From positions 800,001 through 864,000 of the forward strand of contig CAWIAD010000001.1 of NCBI GenBank assembly GCA_963833985.1: a stretch of DNA of 64,000 bases. The letters are read 5' to 3'. Shown piece after piece: positions 36,000-46,277 of this stretch. The notes under the pieces were generated by a model. It was not told where the DNA came from. It did no database searches and saw only the letters and a list, made by a program, of their open reading frames with translations. Source of the stretch: an uncultured Planctomycetaceae bacterium (lineage in GTDB: Bacteria > Planctomycetota > Planctomycetia > Isosphaerales > Isosphaeraceae). Each line of letters begins with the position of its first letter. The stretch's first letter is position 1. A program made the position numbers and the translations under genes.

Positions 36000-36245
36000 C
36001 TTAAGCCCAATACCGTTGAAATAGCGTTTACGAAAAGGGGGCAACAGCTTTGCGACAGACTTGTTCCCACGCTCTGCGTGGGTACACCGGTCGGGACGCT
36101 CGGCGTCCCATGGATTTCCCAGCCTCGGCACGGCCCCAATCGACGCGGAGCGTCGCAGACGGCATTCCCACGCGGAGCGTGGGAACGAGGGACAAATCCC
36201 TGCGTAGACTCAACTTATCGCTATTTCAACGGTATTGCGCTTAAG
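36000..36245. mobile_element. MITE/REPIN-like non-coding element, copy 1
   Basis: 27-bp terminal inverted repeats with one mismatch (cttaagcccaataccgttgaaatagcg ... cgctatttcaacggtattgcgcttaag) enclosing inverted REP hairpins gttcccacgctctgcgtggg and ttcccacgcggagcgtgggaac. Confidence 0.8.
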
Positions 36246-36293
36246 CCCCTCAGCGACAAGCTCCTGATTCCGGGCTCAATGGTGGGCACTCGC

Positions 36294-38477
36294 TCAGATG
36301 CTGAAGTTGAACGTCTTGTGGAAGAGCCGCCAGAGCCACCAGCCGAACGTGTGGACCCCGCCGTCGATCTTGGCAAAACCACGCAGCCCGGGCTGGAGCG
36401 TGAGCTTGGGGTTCTCCAGCGGGATGATCACCTCGTAAACCGCCGTCTGAGGCTTGACCGCACCCGTCTTCGGATCGGCCTTGCCGGCGATCTCGCCTCC
36501 GGCGACGTGGGAGAGCTCCGGAGGAATCTCGTCGCGACTGCGCTTGGCGACCTCTGAGACCTCACTCTTGTAGGTGGTTTCCGCGCGGCCGTAGACCTTG
36601 ACCCAGGCCCTGCATCCCGGCTGGATCAGGTCGACGTCGGATTGATCGATGATCAGGTGAGCCTCGATCTGGTGTGGATCTCCGACCTCGCAGAACGGCT
36701 TGCCCGGCTTGAGCACCTGGCCCACCGTCTCGGGGTGTGGGACGCCCATCACCTGCCCGTCATGCGCGGCCACCAGCGTGAGCTTGCCAATCTGCTCGTT
36801 GATCTTCTCGAGGACCGGCTCCAGCTCCTCGGCCGCCTGGAGATACTGCAAGGCCAGCGCGCGGCTCTCGCGTTCCGGGCTCCGGTTGTACCACTGCGAC
36901 TTCGCCCAGTTGATGTCGTGGTCCGCCGTCTTCTGCACCAGTTCCTTCTGCTTTTCAGGATTGATGAGCTTGGCGATGACCGTGTCTTTCTTGACCCACT
37001 CGCCGTCGCGGACGTTGAGCTCGACAAGCTGACCTTCCACCTCGGCGTAGACCTCGTCCGGCTTGGCCGCGGTGAGTACCAGCGTTCCCTGAACTCGCAA
37101 CGGAGTGGGGATCAGCAGAATGCCGGCCACGATGGCCACGGCCGCCACCGTGATGCTGGCCGCACGTACCTTTTTCACTTTGCGCAACCTCCCGGGGGTG
37201 CGAAGAAACTTGCCGATCTGGTAGACGGGCATTCCCAAGAGCGGCACCAGTGCGCCGCTCGCCAGCAAGTAGCTGATCGACTGCAACTTGTACGGTTTGA
37301 GCACCTGGCTCAAGAACCAGATGATGCTGAAGGTGACCACCCAGCGGTAGATGTAGCTGGCGATCGCGTAAGTGACGAAAAGTGACCGTCGCGACCGGGG
37401 CAGATAGCTCTGCACCGGGATCTCCAGCCCCAGCACCTTCTCCTGAACGAGGTAGGCGAAGAACTGCGTGCTCTTGATCCGCAGGTTGGGGATCTCCAGC
37501 CAGTCGGCCATCACGTAGTAGCCGTCGTAGCGGAGCAGGGGGTTGGCATTGAAGAGCACGGTATTGATCGAACAGATGAACATCGTGGCCATGGACAGGC
37601 TGTTCAGCAGTCCCGGCTCGCTGTAGAACCAGACGAAGGTGGCGATGCTGGCCAGGAACAGCTCGACGTAGATGCCCGCGGCCGAGATCCAGATGCGGTG
37701 CCACTTGTTGGGCAGGAGCCAGCTATCCGTCACGTCGCAGTAGAGTGCGGGCGTGAGGACCAGAAACAGCATCCCCATCTCGTGGACCTCGCCGCCGAAA
37801 TGCTTGGCAGTGAGGCCGTGGCCGAATTCGTGGATGATCTTCACGATCGCCAGGCTGATCCAGAAACTGAAGATCGTCCACCAGTTGAAGAAGCTCTGGA
37901 ACTCTGGCAGCTTGCTGTAGAACATGTCCCACTGGCTGATGACCAGGGTGACCGCCGCCAGCATCAAGCCCACGCTGGCCGTGACGAAGTAGGACGTGTA
38001 GATCCACCGGAAAGAGGGGTACATCCAGGTGAGCAGCCGCTCCGGGTCAATGATCGGGATCTTGATGAACAGGATGTTGGCCAGGAATGCCCACACCTTG
38101 CGCCAGCGGTTCTTGCGCCGGCGGCGGATGAGCACCTTGGCCTGCTCCTGGCTGTCAATCTGGATGATGCCCGCCTCGTGCAGTTGGGCGACGAAGCGGG
38201 TGAGGTCCTCGATGGAGATCGTCTGCGGCCGGTACTTGCGTTCGAAGACCTTCTTGACATCTTGAAGCGTCTGCTTGCCGTCGAACTGCTGGAGCAGGAA
38301 ATACTCCTCGATCTTGAACCGGAAGTACTTCAGAGCGAGGGGATCCTTGATCACATAATGCGTCATCCCCTCGTAGAACTGCGGTTGCACGACCAGGTCG
38401 GCGCGGAGCTTCACCTTCAGGTGTTCGGCGGCCTGGCCGAAGGGCGTCACGGGGGCCAGAGACGGAGCGGCGCTCAT
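36294..38477 (-). CDS. Site-2 (M50) metallopeptidase fused to an N-terminal PqqD/RRE-like domain and a C-terminal HlyD-like adaptor
   Basis: HEFGH and NANPLLRYDGY Zn motifs, multiple TM helices, lipoyl-like VRDGEWVKKD, LQPGLRGFAKI. N-terminus resembles a winged helix (FDGKQTLQDV...FVAQLHEAGII). Confidence 0.88.
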   Translation of the reverse strand: MSAAPSLAPVTPFGQAAEHLKVKLRADLVVQPQFYEGMTHYVIKDPLALKYFRFKIEEYFLLQQFDGKQTLQDVKKVFERKYRPQTISIEDLTRFVAQLHEAGIIQIDSQEQAKVLIRRRRKNRWRKVWAFLANILFIKIPIIDPERLLTWMYPSFRWIYTSYFVTASVGLMLAAVTLVISQWDMFYSKLPEFQSFFNWWTIFSFWISLAIVKIIHEFGHGLTAKHFGGEVHEMGMLFLVLTPALYCDVTDSWLLPNKWHRIWISAAGIYVELFLASIATFVWFYSEPGLLNSLSMATMFICSINTVLFNANPLLRYDGYYVMADWLEIPNLRIKSTQFFAYLVQEKVLGLEIPVQSYLPRSRRSLFVTYAIASYIYRWVVTFSIIWFLSQVLKPYKLQSISYLLASGALVPLLGMPVYQIGKFLRTPGRLRKVKKVRAASITVAAVAIVAGILLIPTPLRVQGTLVLTAAKPDEVYAEVEGQLVELNVRDGEWVKKDTVIAKLINPEKQKELVQKTADHDINWAKSQWYNRSPERESRALALQYLQAAEELEPVLEKINEQIGKLTLVAAHDGQVMGVPHPETVGQVLKPGKPFCEVGDPHQIEAHLIIDQSDVDLIQPGCRAWVKVYGRAETTYKSEVSEVAKRSRDEIPPELSHVAGGEIAGKADPKTGAVKPQTAVYEVIIPLENPKLTLQPGLRGFAKIDGGVHTFGWWLWRLFHKTFNFSI

Positions 38478-38556
38478 CGGTCGGCAGTCCTCGGGGAGGT
38501 TCGGGTACCTTCGCCTGTCAGTCCATCAATCGTCAGTCACGCCCGCCCGGCCCGAT

Positions 38557-39501
38557 CTAGCGTGCCGGCTGGGGAATCCGCGCGGCCACATCGTCATTCA
38601 GGTAGATGGTCATTCTGGCCGTGAGCCCCGGAACCAGCTTGTAGTCGGGGTTCTCGAACTCGGCCCGGATCCGCCGCTCCGGCCGGACATTCACCTGGAT
38701 CTGCGGATCGACGAAGGTGATCTTGCCGCGGAAGATCATCTTCTCGACCTCTTCCTTGCCGCTGCCGCCGGCCGTCTCCAGCCGCGGCTGGAGCTCGACG
38801 ATCTGCCCCTCCTTGACCTTGAACGCGTGCCTGAGCGGGACATAGGCATTGGCGCAGAGCCGGGACAGTTTGCCGATCTGGACCACGGCCTCATTGGCGC
38901 GCACGCTTTCTCCCGGATGCTTGAAGACGTTGATGACGATGCCGTCGAAAGGAGCCAGGATCGTGTGCTCGGCGAGAAGCTGCTTGGCGATGGCCAGTTC
39001 GGCCATGGCCACCTTCTGATTCTCGCGCGCCTCCTTGATCTGGGCGTCGGCGACCTTCAGCTCGCCCTCCGCCTTGGCCATCTCTTCCTTCGACACCATG
39101 CCGGGCTTGCGCTCGTTGAGCCGATGGTTGATGGCCACGGTGGCCAGGGCCACGTCGAAGGCGGCCTTGCCCTTCTCGATGGCACCCACGCTGTCGGCCT
39201 GGGCCTGGGCCTTGGCCACCGCCAGCTCGGCCGAGATGTGGTGCAGGTAGCCGATCGGCTTGCCCGCGAGCGCGGGGTCGCCCAGCCGCAGCTCCATCTT
39301 GTCGATCACGCCCTCGCGCAGGGCGGCGACCTTGGACTGCTCGATCCAGTCCACGGTGGCCAGATCGTCGAGCACCAGCGTGTTGGCCGTGCTGGAGCGA
39401 ACCGGCTGGTCCTGCCCCGTACCGTTCTGGGCGAGCAGCCCCATAAACAGCGTTGAGAGCAGTCCCACGCCCAGGGCTGCGGCAGTCTTCGCGGCGTACA
39501 T
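38557..39501 (-). CDS. HlyD/RND periplasmic adaptor (membrane fusion protein)
   Basis: Signal/TM segment, coiled hairpin, ILAPFDGIV, PGESV, GKITFVDPQI, LVPGLTARMTI. GGAGG RBS. Confidence 0.9.
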   Translation of the reverse strand: MYAAKTAAALGVGLLSTLFMGLLAQNGTGQDQPVRSSTANTLVLDDLATVDWIEQSKVAALREGVIDKMELRLGDPALAGKPIGYLHHISAELAVAKAQAQADSVGAIEKGKAAFDVALATVAINHRLNERKPGMVSKEEMAKAEGELKVADAQIKEARENQKVAMAELAIAKQLLAEHTILAPFDGIVINVFKHPGESVRANEAVVQIGKLSRLCANAYVPLRHAFKVKEGQIVELQPRLETAGGSGKEEVEKMIFRGKITFVDPQIQVNVRPERRIRAEFENPDYKLVPGLTARMTIYLNDDVAARIPQPAR

Positions 39502-39661
39502 CTTCAGCAAGCCTCCACCTTCAAGGATCGATCTGGTTTGTTTCCAATGATTCCGGTCGCCTGTCGAAGGACTCGTCCCTCGCTCCACGCGATCCGCCGG
39601 CTGGGGGCAGGGGGCTCCCTCCCCCTCTTTTTTCCAGTGCCGCGCGGGGCCAGCCGCGGGC

Positions 39662-41764
39662 TCAGTGGAGGAACGGCCAGCGGAACATCACCGACTCGTA
39701 CCAGACCTGGACGACCTTGCGGAGCAGGTAGTACGACAGGCGGGTCTTGCCGCAGTCAACCCGCGCCCGCACCTCGGCGCCGGGATGCAGTTCCTGGTGG
39801 CGGGTGAAGACTTCCTTGCGAACGGCCTCGTCGAAACCCACGGTCACCTTGACCACGTGCTTCTGCTCCACCGTCTCGGCCTTGGCGGCGATCCTGCGCA
39901 CGTAGCCCTCGTACTTGTGCTCGGGATCGGTCGCCAGCACGAAATAGGCCTTCAGCGCCGCGCCCGGCTGCTTGGTGCCGGCGGCAATCTCCGCTTGCAG
40001 CTTGCTCTGAGCATCCAGGATCGGGCTCATGTCGTCGTCGGGAACGTCCACCTCGAGCACCCAGTCGGAGTCGCCGCCGATGGCCGCGATGTTGAGCAGC
40101 TCATGGCCGATCTCGACGGGTCGTCCCATGAGGTTCTTCTTGACTTCCCAGGTCGTGATGATGCCGTCCTGTGGTGCCTTGATGGTCATCATGTCGATCT
40201 GCTCCTCGACGATCTCGATCTGCTCCTTGGCGCTCTTGAACGTGAGCGCGGCCTCGACGAGCTGCGACTTGACCTGATACTGCATGTCCTGATCGGCCTG
40301 GGAATCCGACGATTTCAGTTTCTGGTTCTCGGCGATCAGCTTCTGGCTCCAGGCCTTGTCGCGCTCGCCGATCAGCTTCTTCAGCTCCTTCTGGAGCTCC
40401 TTGCTGTCAAGCCGGGCGATCACGTCCCCCTTCTTGACGATCTCGCCATGCTCGACGGGGACCTCGATGATCGTACCGGCAATCGGAGCGTACAGCGTCC
40501 GCCGCTCCTCGGGCAGGAGCGATCCGCGGCCCTCGATCGTGAGCGTGCAGGGAACAAACCACATGGCGGCGACCAGCACGACGATCGCGACCAGCACGGC
40601 CGCGATCTTGGCCAGCGTCCGGCCGCGGAGTAACCGCCAGGGCGACCCCATGAACTTGAGCAGGGGCTTCAGGAAGATCTTGTGATGTTCCTGCGAGTTC
40701 CAGAGCGCCGTCGATGCGTGCCGCGAAACCACCTCCGTGCGGGCGTGCATATCCGTGGGCGCCACCTCGTCGCCGATCTGCTCGGCGACCAGGCAGCCGT
40801 AGGGGACCTTTTCCCGGCTTTCTTTCTCATCGCTTCCCTGTTGCTCCTCCTCGGGCTTGTGCAGGAGCGTGACCACCACCACCTTCGAGCCCGATTCGTC
40901 GACATAAAGCTCCAGGGCATCGCGGATATCCGGCGCGAAGCCTTCGGTATTGCCGGTGTACACCAGGTCCTCGCCGGACCGGATCACCACCTTGCAGAGC
41001 CGGGTCAGGTCGCGCACCAGGTTGGACCGCTGTTCGACCACCTCCTGGCCGCTCACCGCCTCGACCAGGGTCCGGCCGGAGAGCTTCAGCGCCACGCTCA
41101 GCCGGTCGCAGCCCACCAGCCGCTTGCCGTCGTTGACCACGGAATAGGCGGTCTCTTTCAGGTCCAGCGAGCCGTGGATGTGGTGCGTGAAACCCTTGAG
41201 CTGGTTCCAGAGCCGTTGCTGCGACATCATCTGCCGCATCTGCCGGTTCTTGAGATAATTGCTGGCCAGGTCGCAGAGGTCGCCCACGAACCGCAAGGTG
41301 CTCTTCTGCTGGGCCGCCCGGCGGTTGGGATCCATCAACAGCTCGAGCAGTCCGACGACCTGCTTGTCCACGATCAGCGGAGCGATGATGAGCGCCTGGG
41401 GTGTCGGGTTATAGGCCTGCGGTACCCCCTCGATCACCGCTCCCGGAGGGATGATCTGCGCCTGCGAGGCCTGGATCATGCAGCCCAGAAGCGCGTCGTG
41501 GGGCGGCGTCTTGACCCGGCCGTCCATGAGTCCGGTCTGCGCGAACTCCACCTGGTATTGAAGTCGCAACCCATTCCGGCCGTCCATCAGCCAGAAGGCG
41601 CCGCCGGACGCCGCAACCGCGGCCACCGACCGGTTCAGAAACTCAACGTAAAACTCGGCAGGCTGAACGTCCGATTCCGCCAGATCGGCAATCTCGGCCA
41701 CCAGCTTGCGAATCTGGTTCTTCGTCTGCTCAAGCAGACCAGCATCAATGGTTTCTTCCGGCAT
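39662..41764 (-). CDS. GAF-domain-containing HlyD-family adaptor protein
   Basis: Two GAF-like segments (APLIVDKQVVGLLEL; SLDLKETAYSVVNDGKRLVGCDRLSVA), a TM helix, then APIAGTI..VEHGEIVKKGD, IKAPQDG, LHPGAEVRARV. Confidence 0.88.
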   Translation of the reverse strand: MPEETIDAGLLEQTKNQIRKLVAEIADLAESDVQPAEFYVEFLNRSVAAVAASGGAFWLMDGRNGLRLQYQVEFAQTGLMDGRVKTPPHDALLGCMIQASQAQIIPPGAVIEGVPQAYNPTPQALIIAPLIVDKQVVGLLELLMDPNRRAAQQKSTLRFVGDLCDLASNYLKNRQMRQMMSQQRLWNQLKGFTHHIHGSLDLKETAYSVVNDGKRLVGCDRLSVALKLSGRTLVEAVSGQEVVEQRSNLVRDLTRLCKVVIRSGEDLVYTGNTEGFAPDIRDALELYVDESGSKVVVVTLLHKPEEEQQGSDEKESREKVPYGCLVAEQIGDEVAPTDMHARTEVVSRHASTALWNSQEHHKIFLKPLLKFMGSPWRLLRGRTLAKIAAVLVAIVVLVAAMWFVPCTLTIEGRGSLLPEERRTLYAPIAGTIIEVPVEHGEIVKKGDVIARLDSKELQKELKKLIGERDKAWSQKLIAENQKLKSSDSQADQDMQYQVKSQLVEAALTFKSAKEQIEIVEEQIDMMTIKAPQDGIITTWEVKKNLMGRPVEIGHELLNIAAIGGDSDWVLEVDVPDDDMSPILDAQSKLQAEIAAGTKQPGAALKAYFVLATDPEHKYEGYVRRIAAKAETVEQKHVVKVTVGFDEAVRKEVFTRHQELHPGAEVRARVDCGKTRLSYYLLRKVVQVWYESVMFRWPFLH

Positions 41765-42020
41765 GGTGGTACCGTTGGGTTAGGAGCAGAGTCGGCGTCG
41801 TCACGCCGAAATCAGGCCTGAGACTCACCTTGCGGCGCCGTGCCAGCGAAGGCTGACCATTCGGGGCTGGATCCTCTGGATGCGCGGCGCCCGCTCATAA
41901 CCAGAACGGGACGGGAACCGAGCCGACCTTCCTGATCAACGGCCCGGCAACTTCACAAATTCCCAAAAGGACCTCGCCTGCCGGACCGATCCTGGTCACG
42001 TAAATGGCAGGCTTGCAGAG

Positions 42021-42245
42021 GTTAAGGGCAATACCGCTGAATTAGCGTTCACGAAAAGGGGGCAAGAGGTTTGCGACAGACTTGTTCCCACACTCTGCGT
42101 GGGAACACCGGTCAGGACGCTCGGCGTCCCCTGGGTTTTCCAGCCTGAGCACGGGCCCAATCGACGCGGAGCGTCGCAGACGGCAACGAGGGACAAACCT
42201 ATGCCCGTACCCAACTTATCGCTATTTCAACGGTATTGGGCTTAG
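42021..42245. mobile_element. MITE/REPIN-like non-coding element, copy 2 (same orientation, one REP hairpin deleted)
   Basis: Aligns end to end with 36000..36245 (ttaagggcaataccgctgaattagcg ... cgctatttcaacggtattgggcttag) but lacks ttcccacgcggagcgtggga. Confidence 0.8.
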
Positions 42246-42425
42246 GGGCAGGAGGCCAGGAAGCAGAGGAAGCACGGCCCGGTTCAAGTTGCGGAGAGAG
42301 ATGAGGAGCGGGAGGGAACCGCTCACTGCCATGCCAGGCAGGTTCAAGCGATGGGTGGCGGGTCGGGCATGTACGGTCGTTGATCGCAGGGAGCAATGAC
42401 TCGGGGGCAGAGGAGCACGCTCCAT

Positions 42426-42800
42426 TCACGCACGAGGTGGCTGCGAGTCCTCCTTGGCGGTCCCTCGGGTTGCGTCAGGATAGCGGCTTTCCAGGTCGTT
42501 CAGATAGCGGTTGATCTGGTAGAGGCTCTGCTTGTGAATTTGAGGAAAGCGCCTCTCAAACCAGTTCTCCACCTTGCCGAAGGCCTTCGGCCAGAGCACC
42601 AGGCCACCCGCGATGGCCGCCGGCGTGCCGACCACGCCAGGCAAGATGAAGCCCAGCACGCCCACGGTCATGAGCATCACGCCCACTTCCCTGGGTAAAT
42701 CCTTGATGCGACCGAGTTCCGCTTCTTCTTCCAGCGTGAGCTGCGGCCCCGCCTCGGCGTGCGAGGCGGAATCGGCCACAGGCGGAACCGGCTCGCCCAT
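42426..42800 (-). CDS. Hypothetical membrane protein with a Gly-rich hairpin
   Basis: VGVMLMTVGVLGFILPGVVGTPAAIAGGLVLWP followed by an amphipathic helix. Last gene of the ATPase run; true start may lie slightly upstream. Confidence 0.75.
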   Translation of the reverse strand: MGEPVPPVADSASHAEAGPQLTLEEEAELGRIKDLPREVGVMLMTVGVLGFILPGVVGTPAAIAGGLVLWPKAFGKVENWFERRFPQIHKQSLYQINRYLNDLESRYPDATRGTAKEDSQPPRA

Positions 42801-42921
42801 GCCCGGCGCTGCGGCCGCGCCGCGCCCACATCATGACCGGGTGCTTGTGGCTCCTCTCTCTCGTCGACCGAACTGAGAACGGCTTCCGGAATCAAGATGC
42901 CCTCCGTTGTTGAACAGCAAG

Positions 42922-45419
42922 TCAGCCGGCGATGCGCGACTCCCGCCGCCTCGAGACCCGGGTGAGCTGCTTTTCGAGGCCCCTGACGGCGGCCGAGGTT
43001 CGTGCGTAGGTGCTATAGGTTCCGAGGTTGGTGATCACCACACTGGTGAGCGAGGAGAAGCCCATGAAAAACGCGCCGGCCACGCAGACGAGGTTGGGAA
43101 TCCAGGCCGAGCCCTGTGCCGCCAGCACGCGCCGGCGATGAATTTGCGAGACCTCGTCGAGCGTGCCGAGTCTGGACAGGTCGGGCTGGAGCAGCACGAT
43201 CCCCGCCGGGTTCCGTTCCAGGTTCTCCAGACCGGCTGGATCAATCGAGATCGCCACGTCGGCGGCACGGGCAGCCGGGCCGCGGCGCAGACATTCCCCC
43301 ACGTAAGCGACCTTGAGCCCACGGCGCTGACAGCCGCGGAAGAGCTGGACCAGATCCGGGGTTGCCAGGCTGCCGTGCTGGAAGTCCACACCCAGGCCGG
43401 CCGCGAGCTGTCGGAAGCGGGGCCCGTCCTGCTCGGAGACGAGACCGATGGCCAGGGGATGCCGCAGCTTCCCGCGGATTTCGCTGAGTGCGGTGGCGGC
43501 CGCCAGGCGCGGCGAGCGGCGGAAGTCGATCAGTCCCGCGATCTGTCCGTTGATGCCGACCATCAAGGAATCCAGCGGCCGGTCCTCGACCCGCCCGCGG
43601 GCCTCCGCGGCCTGCCCCGGGGCCGGTCCCTGGCCCCCCAGGTTGCCAACCTTGATCACCTGTTCGTTGTGCACGAGCGTCACGTCCGTGCCGTAGGTGG
43701 TCGGAATTCGGTCCAGCAGGGTGATCCGCCGGGCGCGGCAGGCCGCGTGCAGCGCTGCGGCCCGTTCGTCGTCCAGCTCGCGCAGGGCCGAGGCCGCGTA
43801 CCGCAGCACCTGGAACTCGGTCTGACCAGGGAAGACGCGCACCGACGAGACTTCGGGCTCGAAGATCTCGAGCGCGGCGTGGTGATCCAGGAACAGCACG
43901 TCGACCTTGGCCAGCCGACCGATGGCCTCCGGATCGCGGACCACGATTCCGTGCTGGAAGCAGAGCGAGAGCGCCTGGAGATTTTCCAGGGGGTAGGCCA
44001 GGCCGGGGCCAGACGCGTAGTCGGTATCAAGGATCGCCAGTGCCATCGGAGCACCGCCCAGGGTCAGTCCCAGGCCGGCGGCCGCCAACGTTGGCACCAC
44101 TGTCGGCGTGGCGAACTGCTCGCCCTTGACGGTCGGGGTGCGCAATCCCGGCGGGTGGTTCGCCGCGACGAGTGCGGTCCGCGCCAGCTGCGCGGCCCGA
44201 CTCTTCGCGCCCAGCCAGGCAGTCTCCACCTCGAAATCACCGCTGAGCACGATCGAGCCGGCGTAGACGGCCTCGTCGGGTCCCTTGCGGGTCATTCCCC
44301 GCGCGCCCCGGACCACGCGCTCGTCGAGGAGCCCGTACCCCTTGATGATCCGCCCGTCGACACAGACCTTCTCGCCGGCCGAAACCCGGATCACGTCGCC
44401 GGCAACGAGCCGCTCCGCGGGGACCTCGACCTCAACCCCTCCGGCAGCCTCGACCCGGGCATAGCGCTGGTGCTGCGTGACCTCGCCCAGGAGCCTCCTG
44501 CGGGCGCTGGCAAGCTGTTGCTGGTACTGCCGCTTCCACAGCCGCAGCATCCAGCTCATCGTCGCCCAGGGGAGAAACGTACCGGTCGCCAGGGTGCCCG
44601 CGGCGATGCTCGAGTAGATCACCGGCAGGCCAAGCTGGCCGCGGCCAACCTGGTTGGCCGCGATCCGGAAGACCCGCAGGTTCGCCCCGACCACCAGCGC
44701 CGCGGCCGCGGGCCAGACGGCCGGGACGAAGAAATCGCTGACGATGGACACGGCCACGGCCGTGTTCACCAGGCCAAACCGCACCGGTGAGCCCTCACCG
44801 CCGGGGCCGAGCTCGACCGGCAGCGACTCGGGCGCGGCCTCGAGGGCGCGCAACAGGCGGTCGGGCGCGTCTGCGACGGGTCGAAGCGGATCCGCAGCGT
44901 CCCGGAGAACGGACGCAGCACGCTGCTCTTGACCCCGTGTACCGATTCCAGTTGATGAGCGATCCGCTGCCCCAGAGCGGCGTCGGCCGTGACGGTCTCG
45001 TGCCGCAGGCAGAGGACACCAGGCTGCTCGCCGACGATCTCCCAGGTCGAGAGCATTCCGCGGTTGCGGTGGATTTTCAGCCTGGGCCTGCTGAGGTCGG
45101 AGGCCAGGAGCACCACGGCCTGACGGCCCGGCGCCGGCTCGGCGTTTCCCCGCAGCGCGAGGGCCAGGTGCTGGAGCAGATCCGCACGCTGCCGCCCCCC
45201 CTCGAAATGGATCAGTGCCGTCGCACAGGAACGGTCGATGTCGACGGTGTGCACCTCCTCCACGGAGAAGGCGCGCACCAGAAAGCGGCCGCACAGCTCG
45301 GCTCCTGCCGTGGAGATGCCGAACATCTCCTCGTCGCGCAGCCGGAGAGTCTGCGGGCCCCAGCTCACATGCACCGGGGAGGGTTTCAAGGCGGATCCGG
45401 AAGTCTTCACGTCCAACAC
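42922..45419 (-). CDS. Degenerate P1B-type ATPase paralogue (catalytic motifs lost), frameshift near 44870
   Basis: Collinear with 46564..49212: two N-terminal HMA-like domains (ORF 44766..45419), actuator LVAGDVIRVSAGEKVCVDG; TGES->RGAR, DKTGT->DHHAA, GDGIND->GECLRR. Confidence 0.8.
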
Positions 45420-45443
45420 ATCACGCTCCAGCCGAGCGATTGC

Positions 45444-45653
45444 TCATCGGCCCTGGCCCGTAGCCAGAAATGGCTTCAGCTCGCCGCTTTCGACCCACTG
45501 TTCCAGGACGGTGGCGATCTGGCTCTCCTCGCGGTCGAACACGTTGAAGATGGACCTGAGCTTGTGCCGCTGGCGATTCACCTCCAGCCCGAAATAGCAG
45601 AGGATCAGCGAGGCCACGAGAATCGGCAGAATGGGAATACCTTCTTCATTCAC
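45444..45653 (-). CDS. Small single-TM hypothetical protein
   Basis: GAGGT RBS, TM ILPILVASLILCYFGL, tight operon spacing. Confidence 0.7.
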   Translation of the reverse strand: MNEEGIPILPILVASLILCYFGLEVNRQRHKLRSIFNVFDREESQIATVLEQWVESGELKPFLATGQGR

Positions 45654-45687
45654 TGGTCTGACCTCACAGAAATCCCAGGAAAGCCAA

Positions 45688-46219
45688 TCAGAGTAATTCC
45701 AGCGATGCTTCGGACGCCTCCCGGAGCAATTTCACCATGTTTCCCAGCCCTTCCCGGTGCAGCTCACGCTCGACCTCGCACGACAGGCATTCCGCCGTCC
45801 GGTGCGTGGCCACGAACTTGAGGAACTCCTGCAACTTCACCAGGGCCTGCTCGGGATTCTTGATGATGCCCAGGTTCAGGCGGAAGCCGTGATAGTTGGC
45901 CTTCTCCCTGGGCGGCTTGCTGAGGGGGCGGTAGATATCATAGACGAGGATCATGGGATCGCGGCCGATGTGCTCGGGCGCGCTTCAGCACGTTGATCGA
46001 CTGCTCCCGGCTGAGGATGTAAACCGGGTCCTGGGGATGATAATGGTGGAACAGGGGCATGTGTTCATGAAGCACCTTCGAGACCGGCCCGTTCCAACCC
46101 GTATCCACCAGGAAGATATGAAACCGCGGCGATTCCGGGGTGAGCGGCTCCTCGCGGCTCCTGGGACGGAGCTTGAACCGTGACTCCTTCGTCGACTCAT
46201 TACCCGATCGCTCAGTCAT
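45688..46219 (-). CDS. Hypothetical soluble protein (~177 aa), frameshift near 45980
   Basis: ORF 45938..46219 (FHIFLVDTGWN..VSKVLHE) joins ORF 45688..45954 (DPMILVYD...YHGFRLNLG...HREGL) in the operon. Confidence 0.7.
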
Positions 46220-46277
46220 GGTTGAAGCTCCGGCAGAAAAGAGAGCAACGCGCGATCGGTCAGGGGAGACAGGCGGC

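Noticed and set aside
35873..36557. Short ORFs containing PTRSVGT / PTQSVGT / PTLRVG (also 41996..42429)
   Set aside because: Translations of the REP-containing repeat element, not proteins.
36294..38477. RiPP biosynthetic cluster suggested by the RRE-like domain plus M50 protease
   Set aside because: No precursor peptide or modifying enzyme (radical SAM, YcaO, LanM) is adjacent.
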